Source of the DNA: Candidatus Latescibacterota bacterium
GTDB lineage: Bacteria; Krumholzibacteriota; Krumholzibacteriia; WVZY01; JAKEHA01
Direction of reading: 5' to 3'
Assembly: GCA_963707635.1 (NCBI GenBank)
Contig: OY970173.1
Coordinates: forward strand, 416,001-480,000
Length of the DNA: 64,000 bases
Below the pieces are notes generated by a model. The model worked only from the letters and a program-made list of their open reading frames with translations, did no database searches and was not told the origin of the DNA. Numbering within the stretch: the first letter of the stretch is position 1; each line of letters starts with the position of its first letter. Of the stretch, positions 36,803 to 49,673 are shown one piece after another. Position numbers and translations under genes: made by a program.

Positions 36803-36961
36803 AATGAGTCGCGCGCGAGAGCGGGCCGGGAAGCGCCGGGACCGGAGCCATGTTAACCGGCCGCTAAGCTTTCTAAGTCTCACCCCATCAATGGCTTATT
36901 CGCCGGGTCCGGGGAAGAAAAGAGTTTCCATTCCACCCCGAAACCGCTAGGTTTAGACGGT

Positions 36962-37267
36962 ATGACGCGGCGTTCCTTCGCCCGAATCGGGGATGTCCTC
37001 CCGTCCGTGCTTCGAGACCTCGGGCTCGAGAAGCGATTCAGCGAACGTCACATGGTCGAGAAATGGGCCGGCGTCGTCGGCCCCGAGCTGGCCGAGCGCG
37101 CCCGCGCGACGCGCTACGAGAACGGAACGCTCTTTGTCCGCGTTGATCACGGCGCGTGGATGCAGGAGCTGCACTTCATCGAAAAGGACCTGGTGCGGAA
37201 GCTCCGCGCCGCGTGCCCGGACGTCGACCTGGTGCGAATCAAGTTCAGCGCCCGCGAAATGGAATGA
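36962..37267 (+). CDS. DUF721 / DciA-family helicase loader
   Basis: WAGVVGPELA...GTLFVRVDHGAWMQEL; located between recF and gyrB. Confidence 0.85.
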   Translation: MTRRSFARIGDVLPSVLRDLGLEKRFSERHMVEKWAGVVGPELAERARATRYENGTLFVRVDHGAWMQELHFIEKDLVRKLRAACPDVDLVRIKFSAREME

Positions 37268-37299
37268 CGCGGCCGAGCCGGGACCGGCGCCCCGCGTAG

Positions 37300-39315
<2,016 letters not shown>

Positions 39316-39322
39316 ACCGTTC

Positions 39323-40390
39323 GTGCGGCCGAAACGATCCGATTACCTGACCTGGTCGAAGCACCGCAGCGGAGCCCGCTACAACCTCGCTCGCAGCGGC
39401 GCCCCCCGCTTCCCGCTCGCCGACCTCACGCCGTCGCTCGACGATCTCCTTTCCACCGACCCCCACGAGGACGGATGGCCGCCGCTGGTGGATCGCATCG
39501 CCGCGCGCTACGGTGTGTCCGCGCGAGAGGTGGTGACCACGCACGGGTGCTCGATGGCGAATCACCTCGCGTATGCCGCGCTGCTCGACGCGGGCGACGA
39601 CGTCCTGCTCGAGACGCCGGTCTACGAGCCGTTGGTGACGCTCGCCCGCTATCTGGGCGCGCGTCCGACGTTCGTGGCGCGCCGCGCCGCGGCCGCCTGG
39701 CGGCTGGATCCAGCCGACGTGAAGCGCGCGCTCACGCCGCGCACGAAACTGGTCGTGCTTTCCAATCTGCACAATCCCACCGGCGCGTTCGACGACGGCG
39801 CGAACGTCGCGGAGATCGCGCGGGCCGCGGAGCAGGTGGGGGCGCACGTGCTGGTCGACGAAGTCTACCTCGAGTTCCTGCACGCGGCGGGAATCAAGAC
39901 CCTGGCCGGGATTGCACCCGGTGTGCTGGCCACGCGCAGCCTCACCAAGGCATTCGGTCTCGACACGCTGCGCATCGGGTGGGTGATCGCGGAGCCGGCC
40001 CTCGCGGAGCGGATTCGCCGACTCAACGATCTCTATTCCGTGACCATCGCCCATCCGAGCGAGCGGCTGGCAGCGCGCGCGCTGGATCAGGCTGATGGGA
40101 TCCTCGCGCGCATCAACGCCGACCTCGCGCGCAACCTCGAGACGATGGACGCGTTCGTGCGCGCCCAGCCGAGGCTGTCGTGGGCGCGGCCGAGAGCCGG
40201 CACCGTGGGGCTGGTTCGCGTCGAGGGAGTGGACGTCGACGACTGGGTGGACCGGCTGCACGGCGAACACGAGGTCGCGGTCGTGCCGGGGCGTTTTTTC
40301 GACGCGGCCGGGCATGTTCGCATCGCCCTCGGGGTCGCACCCGACGACTTTCGCGACGCGCTCGAACGCATGGCGAAGACGTTGACGTGA
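39323..40390 (+). CDS. PLP-dependent aminotransferase class I/II
   Basis: NLHNPTG, VDEVY and SLTKAFGLDTLRIGW motifs. Confidence 0.9.
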   Translation: MRPKRSDYLTWSKHRSGARYNLARSGAPRFPLADLTPSLDDLLSTDPHEDGWPPLVDRIAARYGVSAREVVTTHGCSMANHLAYAALLDAGDDVLLETPVYEPLVTLARYLGARPTFVARRAAAAWRLDPADVKRALTPRTKLVVLSNLHNPTGAFDDGANVAEIARAAEQVGAHVLVDEVYLEFLHAAGIKTLAGIAPGVLATRSLTKAFGLDTLRIGWVIAEPALAERIRRLNDLYSVTIAHPSERLAARALDQADGILARINADLARNLETMDAFVRAQPRLSWARPRAGTVGLVRVEGVDVDDWVDRLHGEHEVAVVPGRFFDAAGHVRIALGVAPDDFRDALERMAKTLT

Positions 40391-40406
40391 GTTCCTTCGC
40401 CGCGGC

Positions 40407-42188
40407 CTATTCTCGATACTCGAAGAGCGCTCCCTGCCGGCCCGCGACGAACGTCACCCGGTCCATCCTCCACGTGCTCGTGATCGTTCCCAGAAACGGG
40501 ATGTCGATCGGGTCGCGGGACGTCCCGCCCTCGAGCAGGAACAAGGTGTGCGGGTCACCGACAATGGCGCCGTGACGTTCGTCCAGCGACACGTCCACGA
40601 GCGGGGCATCGCCGTTGGGAAAGGGGACCTCGCTCCACGAACCGTCGATGTACTGGAAGACGCGGCCATTTCCCGACACCGCCATCACGCCGACGCTCCG
40701 GCCGGCGATCGCCTGGAAGCCCGCGCCTTGGAGGCCGCTCTCCTCTGCGTCCCACCTGAGCGATCCGAGCGGTCCCTGGAAGTGCAGCACGGTGCCGCTG
40801 GCGCCGACCGCAAACGCGTCGGTGGGATCCAGCGCCCACACGTCGCGCAGGTCCAGCAGGTACTGGGTTGGCGGAACCATCGGCGTCCAGGCCACGCCGT
40901 CCCATGCGCGGATGGTGCCGCGCCCGCCGACCGCATAGACACGGCTCCCTGCGTTCGTGCGCGCGCCACAGACCCCGTTGAGGACGGCGGTGGTGCCGCT
41001 CGCCATGGGAGTCCACGCCGATCCGTCGAAGTGGAATATTCCTCCCAGGCGTCCGACGGCATACACGTCTTCGGGATCGAAGCCCCACACGGACAGCAGC
41101 TCCTCGCCCGGGAGGACCCATTCGCGCCCGTCGATGTGGCGCACGAAGCCGGTGTTCTCGCCGACGCGCCCGACCGCGAAAACGTCCCCCTCGGAGAATC
41201 CAAACAGGTCCTGGTACGCGTGCGCGCGGCCGTCGAAGGGCGCCTGCCACCGGGATCCGTCGTAAATGGCCACGGTCCCGTTGACCCCCACCGCGATGGC
41301 ACCGCCGGCGTACCCCCAGATGTCCCGCAGATCGGAGGCCGTTCCGCTCTCCACCAGCGACCAGGTCGCGCCGTCGAAATGAACGATGGCACCCCCGTCG
41401 CCGACGGCCCACACGTCGCTGTCGGAGAAACCGTAGACGCCGCGGAGCGTGTTGGTGGTGGGGCTTTGCATCATGGTGAAGGCCGACGACTCCCACCGTC
41501 CGATGCTGCCCTCGCTGCCCACGAAGAACACCGAGGATGACGAGGTTCCCCATGCATCCAGCCAGGTTTCCGACCAGCCGAACTGCCTGAGCGCGATCCA
41601 GAAGCGCCCGGTCGTCTGGCGCGCCACGAAACCACCGGCGCCCGCCACGAACACGTCTTGCGCCCCGGCCGCCCAGACGGCGTATGGCGCGGCCGCGAGC
41701 GTGTCGCGCAGCGCCGTCCACGCGCCGCCGGCGTAGCGCATCACCCTGCCACGGTCCATCTCCACCACGGTGACGAACACCTCACCCGTGCGCGTGCCCC
41801 AGACGTCGGTGAGCTCATCGATGGTGCCAACGGCGAGCTGCGTCCAGGATGAACCATCGAAGTGCAGGGCGAGGCCATCGGTGCCCACCGCGTAGACGTT
41901 GCGCGGCGACGACGCCCACATGGAATTGAACGTGTAGTTGCCGGGCGGCATCGGAACCCGCGACCATGTCTCTCCATCGAAGCGATAGACGGGGTATTCG
42001 GCTCCGAGCGCGATCACGGTGTCGGGCGCGTTGGCCCAGACCGCGTCGAGGCGGTTCTCACCGAGTCCGCCCTCGAGCTTCTGCCACGCCCCGGCGACAC
42101 TGCCCCCGGTGGACGTCGGGATCTCTTCGTTGCACGCCGCCAGGGAGAGAACCAGCAAAGGAAGTATCGATAGCGCGCGCGATCGCAT
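40407..42188 (-). CDS. Lipoprotein with tandem beta-propeller-like repeats
   Basis: Lipobox LAAC; more than ten approximately 40-aa repeats of L.xVWG.....V.AVG..G.I.HFDG..W. Confidence 0.75.
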   Translation of the reverse strand: MRSRALSILPLLVLSLAACNEEIPTSTGGSVAGAWQKLEGGLGENRLDAVWANAPDTVIALGAEYPVYRFDGETWSRVPMPPGNYTFNSMWASSPRNVYAVGTDGLALHFDGSSWTQLAVGTIDELTDVWGTRTGEVFVTVVEMDRGRVMRYAGGAWTALRDTLAAAPYAVWAAGAQDVFVAGAGGFVARQTTGRFWIALRQFGWSETWLDAWGTSSSSVFFVGSEGSIGRWESSAFTMMQSPTTNTLRGVYGFSDSDVWAVGDGGAIVHFDGATWSLVESGTASDLRDIWGYAGGAIAVGVNGTVAIYDGSRWQAPFDGRAHAYQDLFGFSEGDVFAVGRVGENTGFVRHIDGREWVLPGEELLSVWGFDPEDVYAVGRLGGIFHFDGSAWTPMASGTTAVLNGVCGARTNAGSRVYAVGGRGTIRAWDGVAWTPMVPPTQYLLDLRDVWALDPTDAFAVGASGTVLHFQGPLGSLRWDAEESGLQGAGFQAIAGRSVGVMAVSGNGRVFQYIDGSWSEVPFPNGDAPLVDVSLDERHGAIVGDPHTLFLLEGGTSRDPIDIPFLGTITSTWRMDRVTFVAGRQGALFEYRE

Positions 42189-42215
42189 CGCGCTCTCACC
42201 TCACCGGGGCGGGTT

Positions 42216-44873
42216 TCAGGGGCGGGAGAATTCCCGGAGCCAGTGCTCGACCAGGACGACGCCGTCGGCGGTTTCGGACGAAGTCAGCGACTGGGCGCAG
42301 AGAATACGTCCGTCGCCCGCCACCTCCAACTTGCTGAACCCCCAGAGTTCCAGGCGCGCCTGGAGGGTGTTGAGCACCGGCTGGGGAGTTCCCAGGCGGG
42401 GCGAGGCGCCGGTTTCCACCGACACCATTTCCAGTCGGTCGTTGGCGATGAAGTATATGCGATCACCCGCGGGGGACCATCGGGGCCAGTTGGCCTCCCC
42501 GCTGACCGAAACCTGCCACTTGCCCGTCGCCTGCGGAAACGTGGTCATGTATACGCCGTACGTGCCGGTCTCGTCGGACAGGTAGACGATGTATTTCCCG
42601 TCCGGTGACACGGCGGGGTAGCGTTGGTTCCCGGACCCGGCGAACACCAGGACCCGCGTCGTGTCGGCGCCGGTGGCGTCGATCATGAACAAGTCGGCAT
42701 CCCGGACATTGGGGCTGCCGCTCGGGCGGGATGAAAACACGACCCAGCGCCCGTCGGGGGTGAAGACCGGGAGGTTGGCGCTTCTGACCAGGAACTTCGG
42801 CGCTCCGGTTCCGTCTGCGGGGACGACGTACACGTTCTGGTCGTCGACGTTCCGGTAGACGATGGTCTTCCCGTCGGGAGACCATGCCGGTTGAGCGTTG
42901 TAGTTGCCCGAGAACGTGAGCCGGCTGCGCGTCTCTCGCACGAGGTCGATGACCCAGATGTCGCGCGTGGCCGCGTCCCGCATCGACACCGCGACCCGGG
43001 AGCCGTCCGGCGAGAGCGCGATGGAATTTACATTCTGGAGTGCTTCGGTCGCGAAACCCTGGAACACCCCCGCGCCGTCGAACCAGGCCAGGCGCACGCG
43101 GTCTCCGGTGAGCGTGGGCCGATAGGCGAGCAGTTCTTTCCCCGAGGTGCTGCCGTCGCTGGACTTGGGCGCCAGCAGGAATGGTTCCCCGGTAAGCTCC
43201 AGACGCTCCAGCGAGAACGGAACCGCCCACAAACCCGCGTTGTCCGGAATGCGCACGAACAGGAGATGGCCACTGCTCGAGTAATCCACCGACCAGACGT
43301 TCTGTGAGGTGAGGGTGATCAGGTTCCTGCGCTTTCCATCGGCGAAGAGCTGGATCGTGTCGGGACCGTGGCGCTGGCGGTGCTGTATGAAGACGACTCC
43401 CCTGCCTCCGGGGAGCGCGATCGGCTGATGGAAATCCTGCTCGATTTTGGTGTCGACGGGGATGATCTCCTTCGCGTCGCCGCCGCTGGCGGCGACTTCG
43501 TAGATTCCGCCATTTCCGTACGAAAAGACGATACGGCCGTCGGTTCCCCAGGAAGCGCCGGCGCCCCCGCCGAATGCGGCGGGGGAATCGCAGATGGGTG
43601 CCGGGTCGCCCCCATCGGCGCGGACCTTCCAGAGACGCCGCGATGTGGCGTAGCCGACGAGTTCCCCGTCGGGGGACCAGAACGGCGCGACCTCGGACGT
43701 TGCCTCCGCGACCGGGTGGGAATCGAGTTTGTCGAAGTCGCGAATCCAGAGCCTCCCGTCGCAATGGAAGGCGAGGCGCCGGCCATCAGGCGAGAGCCGC
43801 GGGGTTTCCGCCGCGCCCAGCGAATCATTCGCGGTGACGTCGAGCAGGAGCTTGCGAACCGCCGGCTCGGGCGCGGCCGGGGTCAGCATGCGTGTGAGCG
43901 CGCTGGCTCCAGCCGCGACGACGGCGAGCAGCACGGCGACTACGGCCATCGCGCGCGGACCGGCGAAGCGTTGCTTCGGAAGCGACGGCGCTCCCACCGC
44001 GGCCGGCTCGTCGAGCATGCGCCCGGTTCGCACGTCGTCGATCACGAGCACGGCTTCACCGATGTCACGGAGACGGCGCTTGGGATCCTTCTCGAGGCAG
44101 CGCTTGAGCAGGCGACGGATGGCGTGTGGACAATCGGACGGAAGCACGGAAAAATCGACGTCGGCGCGCAGCACGCCGGCGAGTGTGTCACTGACCGTCT
44201 CGCCGGCGAACGCCTGCCGGCCGGTGAGCATCTCGTAGAGGACGGAACCGAAGGCGAAGATATCCGCGCGCTTGTCGACGGTTCGACCGCGCGCCTGCTC
44301 GGGGCTCATGTACGCGGCGGTCCCCAGAATCACGCCCTGAAGCGTGGGGCTGCTGCCGAGCAGGGTCGGCGACTGGGTGAGGTTCGACGCGTTGGTGACC
44401 GGGTCGAGCGCCTTGGCCAGCCCGAAGTCGAGCACCTTCACCGCGCCGGTCGACGACACGACGATATTGCTGGGCTTGAGGTCGCGGTGGATGACGCCGG
44501 CCTCGTGCGCGGCCTCCAGCGCTTCGGCGACCTGGAGCGCGATGGCGAGCGCATCCTCGAGCGGGACGCTTCCGCGCGCGATGCGTCGCGAGAGGTCTTC
44601 CCCGTCGGCCAGCTCGAGCACGAGGAAGCGCCTGCCGTCCGACTCGTCGAGACCATAGATGGCGCCGATGCGCGGGTGGTTGAGCGACGCGAGCAGCCGC
44701 GCTTCGCGCTCGAAACGCGAGAGGCGCTCGGGGTCGCGCGCGAAGGCGTCGGGGAGCAGTTTGAGCGCCACATCGCGGCCGAGCCGGGTGTCGCGCGCGC
44801 GATAGACTTCGCCCATTCCTCCGGCGCCGAGCTTGCCGGTGATGTCGTAGTGCGAGAGACGAGTGGGTTCCAT
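42216..44873 (-). CDS. Ser/Thr protein kinase with a TM segment and C-terminal TolB/PD40 beta-propellers
   Basis: LGAGGMGEVY, HRDLKPSN, DFGLAK and GTAAYMSPEQ; repeated P.WSPDG motifs. Confidence 0.93.
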   Translation of the reverse strand: MEPTRLSHYDITGKLGAGGMGEVYRARDTRLGRDVALKLLPDAFARDPERLSRFEREARLLASLNHPRIGAIYGLDESDGRRFLVLELADGEDLSRRIARGSVPLEDALAIALQVAEALEAAHEAGVIHRDLKPSNIVVSSTGAVKVLDFGLAKALDPVTNASNLTQSPTLLGSSPTLQGVILGTAAYMSPEQARGRTVDKRADIFAFGSVLYEMLTGRQAFAGETVSDTLAGVLRADVDFSVLPSDCPHAIRRLLKRCLEKDPKRRLRDIGEAVLVIDDVRTGRMLDEPAAVGAPSLPKQRFAGPRAMAVVAVLLAVVAAGASALTRMLTPAAPEPAVRKLLLDVTANDSLGAAETPRLSPDGRRLAFHCDGRLWIRDFDKLDSHPVAEATSEVAPFWSPDGELVGYATSRRLWKVRADGGDPAPICDSPAAFGGGAGASWGTDGRIVFSYGNGGIYEVAASGGDAKEIIPVDTKIEQDFHQPIALPGGRGVVFIQHRQRHGPDTIQLFADGKRRNLITLTSQNVWSVDYSSSGHLLFVRIPDNAGLWAVPFSLERLELTGEPFLLAPKSSDGSTSGKELLAYRPTLTGDRVRLAWFDGAGVFQGFATEALQNVNSIALSPDGSRVAVSMRDAATRDIWVIDLVRETRSRLTFSGNYNAQPAWSPDGKTIVYRNVDDQNVYVVPADGTGAPKFLVRSANLPVFTPDGRWVVFSSRPSGSPNVRDADLFMIDATGADTTRVLVFAGSGNQRYPAVSPDGKYIVYLSDETGTYGVYMTTFPQATGKWQVSVSGEANWPRWSPAGDRIYFIANDRLEMVSVETGASPRLGTPQPVLNTLQARLELWGFSKLEVAGDGRILCAQSLTSSETADGVVLVEHWLREFSRP

Positions 44874-44949
44874 GGGCGAGGGCGGCGAGGTAATTGTAAT
44901 CGAAAGCCAGGGTTGCTGTCACTGCGCCATCCTCGGATATAATCAAGTC

Positions 44950-45399
44950 ATGAGTCTCCCCCTGTCGCATCGAATCGGCCCCGCGTCGCCGGAGGATCTG
45001 CCCGAGGTTCACGCGTTGCTGCGAAGCCACGGCCTGCCGACCGAGGGCCTCGAGCCGTTCATCGACACACTGCTCGTTTCGCGCTCACGCGGACAAATCA
45101 TCGGGTGCGCGGCACTCGAGATCTACGGCGCCGCGGCGCTCTTGCGATCGGTGGCGGTGGACGTCGGCTGGCAGGGGCGAGGACTCGGCGCAGATCTGGA
45201 GGAAAAGGCGCGACGGCTCGCTCGCGCTCGCGGTGCGCGCGAGATATTTCTGCTCACCACTACCGCCGCGGAGTACTTCGCGCGTCTGGGCTTTGCGCGC
45301 TGCGCGCGGGAAGATGCGCCGGAGGCGATGCGGAAGTCGCTGCAATTCACCACCCAGTGTCCGTCGAGCGCGGTCGTGATGCGCCGCGCGCTGGAGTGA
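44950..45399 (+). CDS. GNAT N-acetyltransferase, ArsN2-like
   Basis: ALLRSVAV, QGRGLG, FLLTTTAAEYF and QF...CPSSAVVM; TATAAT 6 nt before the ATG. Confidence 0.8.
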   Translation: MSLPLSHRIGPASPEDLPEVHALLRSHGLPTEGLEPFIDTLLVSRSRGQIIGCAALEIYGAAALLRSVAVDVGWQGRGLGADLEEKARRLARARGAREIFLLTTTAAEYFARLGFARCAREDAPEAMRKSLQFTTQCPSSAVVMRRALE

Positions 45400-45644
45400 C
45401 GATCGGCGCTCCCGGAATGACCCGGGAAACAGGCTGTAAGTTGTTATGACTTAATGCCTTGCAGCATGGTTCCGGGCGAAAAAATGGTTCCCATTCCTCC
45501 CCAAACGCTCTATTATAGCGAACACATGAAACTTCTTTCACAACCGGGCGCCACCCCGCGTGGCCGAGGTCGTGAGAGCGGGGTTCCAGAAGTCAGGTAC
45601 AAGGCGTCCATGCGCCGCAAACCCTTGACCGGCAGGAGCACGTT

Positions 45645-48083
45645 ATGGCCCTGAATGAGAGGATCGTTCCGGTACCCATCGAAGACGAGATGCGGAATTC
45701 GTATCTCGACTACTCGATGAGCGTCATTATCTCCCGCGCGCTGCCCGATGTGCGCGATGGCTTGAAGCCGGTGCATCGCCGTGTCCTCACGGCCATGAAC
45801 GACCTCTCGCTCATCCACACGCGCTCCTACCGCAAGTCCGCGAAGGTCACCGGCGACGTGACCGGTAATTACCACCCGCACGGCACGACCGCCGTCTACG
45901 ACACCATCGTGCGCATGGCGCAGGAGTTCGCGCTTCGCTACCCGCTGGTCGACGGCCAGGGGAATTTCGGCTCGATCGACGGCGACCCCGCGGCGGCGGA
46001 GCGGTACACCGAAGTCCGGATGACGCCGTTCGCGGAGGAAATGCTCGCCGATCTCGACAAGGACACGGTCGACTTCGGGCCCAACTACGACGAGTCGCGC
46101 ACGATGCCGCTCGTGCTCCCGGCGAAAGTGCCCAACCTGCTCGTCAACGGCGCCGCCGGCATCGCCGTCGGCATGGCCACCAACATCCCGCCCCACAACA
46201 TCGGGGAGATCTGCGAGGCCAGCATCGCCGTGCTGGAGGATCCGGATACAACCGACGAACACCTGCTGACGATCGTCAAGGGGCCCGATTTTCCCACCGC
46301 CGGCATCGTGCTCGGTCGGCTGGGCATTCGCGAGGCCTACCGAACCGGCCGCGGCCGCATCGTGGTGCGCGCGCGGACCCACGTCGAAGACATGAAGGGC
46401 GACCGCGAAGCCATCATCATCGACGAGCTCCCGTACCAGGTGAACAAGGCCCAGCTCATCGAGCGGATCGCGGAACTGGTCAAGGACGACGTCATCACCG
46501 ACATCGCCGACATCCGCGACGAATCCAGCCGCGAAGGCATGCGCGCCGTCATCATCCTCAAACGAGACGCCGACGCCCGCGTGGTGGAGAACCAGCTCTT
46601 CAAGCACACGCAGATGCAGGTGACCTTCGGGATCATCATGCTCTCGCTGGTCAACAACCGGCCGGAAGTGCTTTCACTGCGCGACATGATCCAGCACTGG
46701 CTCAACCACCGCGAGGCGGTGGTGGTACGGCGGACCAAGTTCGAACTGAAGAAGGCCGAGGAGCGCGCCCACATCCTGGAAGGGCTGCGCATCGCGCTGG
46801 ATCATATCGACGAGGTCGTGGCGCTGATCCGGGCGTCGAAGGACGTCGAGACCGCGCGCTCCGGCTTGATGACGCGCTTCGGGCTCAGCGAGGTCCAGGC
46901 CAACGCCATCCTCGACATGCGCCTCCAGCGCCTCACCGGTCTCGAGCGCCAGAAGGTCGAGGACGAGTACCAGGAGCTCCTGAAACTGATCGCGGAGCTC
47001 AAGAGCGTCCTCGCCGACCGGGCCAAGGTGCTCGCGGTGATCAAGAAAGAAATCGAGGAGATCAAGGAGAAGTACGGCGACGCCCGCAAGACCGAGATCG
47101 TCGACTCGGGCCCGGTGGACTTCAACGTGGAAGACCTGATCGCCGAAGAGGACATGGTGATCACGATCAGCCACGCGGGGTACATCAAGCGCATCGCGCT
47201 CGACGCGTACCGCCAGCAGAAGCGGGGTGGGCGCGGCGTCACCGGCATCAAGATGCGCGACGAAGATTTTGTCGAGCACATCTTCGTCGCCTCGACGCAC
47301 AGCTACATCCTGTTCTTTACGGATTTGGGGCGCTGCCACTGGGTGAAGGTGCACGAGATTCCGGAGGCCGGGCGCGCGGCGCGCGGCAAGGCGATCGTGA
47401 ACCTGCTGGGACTCCAGGAGGGCGAACGTATTTCGGGCCGCGTGCCGGTAAGCGAATTCCGCGAGGATCGCTTTCTCGTGCTCGCGACGCGAAACGGCGT
47501 TATCAAGAAAACCAACCTGAGCGAGTACGGGCGTCCCCGCCGCGGCGGCATCATCGCGGTAAATCTGCGGGATGAGGATCACCTGATCGCGGCCGCGATC
47601 ACCAACGGCGACCAGGACATCGTGCTCGCGAAGCGCAACGGGCGCTCGATTCGTTTCCACGAGAAGGACGTGCGCGGCATGGGCCGCGCCGCAACCGGTG
47701 TCAAGGGCACCACCCTGGTGGGCGACGACCAGGTAGTGGGCATGGTGGTGGTGGCGGCCGGGGCGTCGCTCCTGACGGTGACCGAGAACGGCTTCGGCAA
47801 GCGGTCGCCGCTCGAAGACTATCCGGTGAAGCACCGCGGGGGCATCGGGGTCATCAACATCAAGACCACCGATCGCAACGGCAAGGTCGTCACCATTCAG
47901 GAAGTGAAGGACAACGACCAGATGATGATCATCACCAAGAACGGCATCGTGATTCGGTGCCCGATTTCCGGGATCTCGGTGATCGGCCGCAACACGCAGG
48001 GCGTGCGGCTGATCAACCTCGAAGACGACGACCGCGTGGTCGACGTCGCACACCTGGCCGTGGAAGACGAGGATGAAGCCTAG
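45645..48083 (+). CDS. gyrA: DNA gyrase subunit A
   Basis: [27 protein letters not shown] catalytic Tyr, GyrA-box QKRGGRG and C-terminal pinwheel repeats. Confidence 0.99.
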   Translation: MALNERIVPVPIEDEMRNSYLDYSMSVIISRALPDVRDGLKPVHRRVLTAMNDLSLIHTRSYRKSAKVTGDVTGNYHPHGTTAVYDTIVRMAQEFALRYPLVDGQGNFGSIDGDPAAAERYTEVRMTPFAEEMLADLDKDTVDFGPNYDESRTMPLVLPAKVPNLLVNGAAGIAVGMATNIPPHNIGEICEASIAVLEDPDTTDEHLLTIVKGPDFPTAGIVLGRLGIREAYRTGRGRIVVRARTHVEDMKGDREAIIIDELPYQVNKAQLIERIAELVKDDVITDIADIRDESSREGMRAVIILKRDADARVVENQLFKHTQMQVTFGIIMLSLVNNRPEVLSLRDMIQHWLNHREAVVVRRTKFELKKAEERAHILEGLRIALDHIDEVVALIRASKDVETARSGLMTRFGLSEVQANAILDMRLQRLTGLERQKVEDEYQELLKLIAELKSVLADRAKVLAVIKKEIEEIKEKYGDARKTEIVDSGPVDFNVEDLIAEEDMVITISHAGYIKRIALDAYRQQKRGGRGVTGIKMRDEDFVEHIFVASTHSYILFFTDLGRCHWVKVHEIPEAGRAARGKAIVNLLGLQEGERISGRVPVSEFREDRFLVLATRNGVIKKTNLSEYGRPRRGGIIAVNLRDEDHLIAAAITNGDQDIVLAKRNGRSIRFHEKDVRGMGRAATGVKGTTLVGDDQVVGMVVVAAGASLLTVTENGFGKRSPLEDYPVKHRGGIGVINIKTTDRNGKVVTIQEVKDNDQMMIITKNGIVIRCPISGISVIGRNTQGVRLINLEDDDRVVDVAHLAVEDEDEA

Positions 48084-48095
48084 GTGCGGCTCAAA

Positions 48096-48713
48096 ATGGA
48101 GAAGATCTCCGAGTTTACGGTTCGACGCCTTTCGAACTACTACCGGATCCTGCTCGACCTCGAGAAACGGGGCATCACGACGGTCTCGTCGCAGCGCCTC
48201 GCCGATCTCGGCGGGATCACGAGCGCGCAGGTGCGAAAAGACCTCTCGTATTTCGGCAACTTCGGCACCCGCGGGCTCGGCTACAGCGTCAGCGAGCTCA
48301 AGAGTGCGATCATGCAGATCCTCGGGCTCAACGCGAAATGGACGATGGCGCTCTTCGGCGCCGGGTCGCTCGGCCACGCGCTTTTCTTCCACCAGGGCTT
48401 CCGCGAGGACGGCTTCTACTTCAAGCACGTGTTCGACGTCGACCCGGGCAAGGTCGGGACGAAGTGGCTCGACGTCGGCATCTTCCACCAGCGCGACGCC
48501 GAGGACGTGCTCCGTCGCGACCCGGTGAGTATCGCGGTGGTGGCGATACCGCCCGACGCGGCGCAGGACGTGATCGACATGGCGGTGCGCACCGGCATCC
48601 GGGGCATCCTCAACTTTGCACCGACGCAGGTCTCGGTCCCCGAGGGGATCTGGCTTCGTAACGTCAACCTGGCCGTGGCGTTGGAAAGCCTGAGCTTCTA
48701 CCTTTCGATGTGA
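48096..48713 (+). CDS. rex: Redox-sensing transcriptional repressor Rex
   Basis: TVRRLSNYYR, QVRKDLSYFG.FGTRG.GY, GAGSLG and GILNFAP. Alternative GTG start at 48084. Confidence 0.95.
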   Translation: MEKISEFTVRRLSNYYRILLDLEKRGITTVSSQRLADLGGITSAQVRKDLSYFGNFGTRGLGYSVSELKSAIMQILGLNAKWTMALFGAGSLGHALFFHQGFREDGFYFKHVFDVDPGKVGTKWLDVGIFHQRDAEDVLRRDPVSIAVVAIPPDAAQDVIDMAVRTGIRGILNFAPTQVSVPEGIWLRNVNLAVALESLSFYLSM

Positions 48714-48755
48714 GTCGTCGTCGCGGGTCCTGCCGCCGATCTACCCCACCGGAGT

Positions 48756-49664
48756 GTGGCATTGAAGAGAGTTTTGATCACTGGCGCGTCGGGGTTCATC
48801 GGGTACCACTGCTTCGAGCCCCTGCGGGCGCGCGGCTTTGAGATCCACGCCGTGTCCAGCCGGCCGCGCGGAGAAGATCCGCCCGGCGTCAGGTGGCTCC
48901 AGGCGGACCTGCTCGAGTCCGGTGCCGCCGCCGCGATCGTCGGCGCCGTCAAACCGTCGCACTTGCTCCACCTGGCGTGGTCCGTGGTGCCAGGAAAGGT
49001 GATTTCGTCCCGGGAGAATTTCGATTGGGTGCGCGCGAGCATGGAGCTGGTGAGCGCGTTCGCGGAGCAGGGCGGGAAGCGACTCGCGGTATCCGGCACC
49101 GGTTACGAGTACGACTGCACCCGGGGCCGGTGCTCGGAGTACACGACACCCACGGTACCGCAGACGGTCTACGGGTCGTGCAAGCTCGCGCTCAACCTGC
49201 TCGTGCTTGCGCTCTGCGCCCAGGCCGGGGTCAGCGCGACGTGGGGACGTGTCTTTTTCCTGTACGGGCCTCGCGAGCATCCGCAGCGGCTGGCCGCTTC
49301 CGTGATCCTCTCGCTGCTCAAGGGTGAACCGGCGCGATGTTCCCACGGTCGGCAGGTTCGCGACTACATGCACGTGCAAGACGTGGCCGACGGGCTGGTC
49401 GCCCTCCTGGACAGCGGGGTTACCGGCTGTGTCAACATTTCGTCGGGGCGGGAGACGTCGGTGGGCGAGGTCGCCATGACCATCGGGAGACTGTTGGGGC
49501 GGCCGGAGTTGATCCAGCTCGGCGCCATCCCGACTCGCGCCGACGATCTGGCACTGGTGGTGGGCGACAACACACGGCTGGTTTCCGAGGTCGGGTGGAA
49601 GCAGCGCCTCGAACTCGAGGCGGGGCTGCGACAGACCATCGACTGGTGGCGGGCACAGAACTGA
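48756..49664 (+). CDS. NAD-dependent epimerase/dehydratase (extended SDR, NDP-sugar modifying)
   Basis: TGASGFIG, HLAW, YGSCK, YGPRE and RDYMHVQDVA. Confidence 0.9.
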   Translation: MALKRVLITGASGFIGYHCFEPLRARGFEIHAVSSRPRGEDPPGVRWLQADLLESGAAAAIVGAVKPSHLLHLAWSVVPGKVISSRENFDWVRASMELVSAFAEQGGKRLAVSGTGYEYDCTRGRCSEYTTPTVPQTVYGSCKLALNLLVLALCAQAGVSATWGRVFFLYGPREHPQRLAASVILSLLKGEPARCSHGRQVRDYMHVQDVADGLVALLDSGVTGCVNISSGRETSVGEVAMTIGRLLGRPELIQLGAIPTRADDLALVVGDNTRLVSEVGWKQRLELEAGLRQTIDWWRAQN

Positions 49665-49673
49665 TGCGTTGCT

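Noticed and set aside
36886..36898. IHF-like site CATCAATGGCTTA upstream of the DciA gene (a similar weak site lies near 45437)
   Set aside because: One or more mismatches to a short degenerate consensus and no supporting context.
40407..42188. Periodic sequence similarity suggesting a CRISPR array or DNA repeat
   Set aside because: The repeats are degenerate protein-level propeller blades within an intact ORF, with no identical direct repeats separated by spacers.
45526..45543. Possible Rex operator upstream of gyrA (ATGAAACTTCTTTCACAA)
   Set aside because: Only the right half-site (TTCACAA) matches TTGTGAA-N4-TTCACAA; the left half matches 3 of 7 positions.
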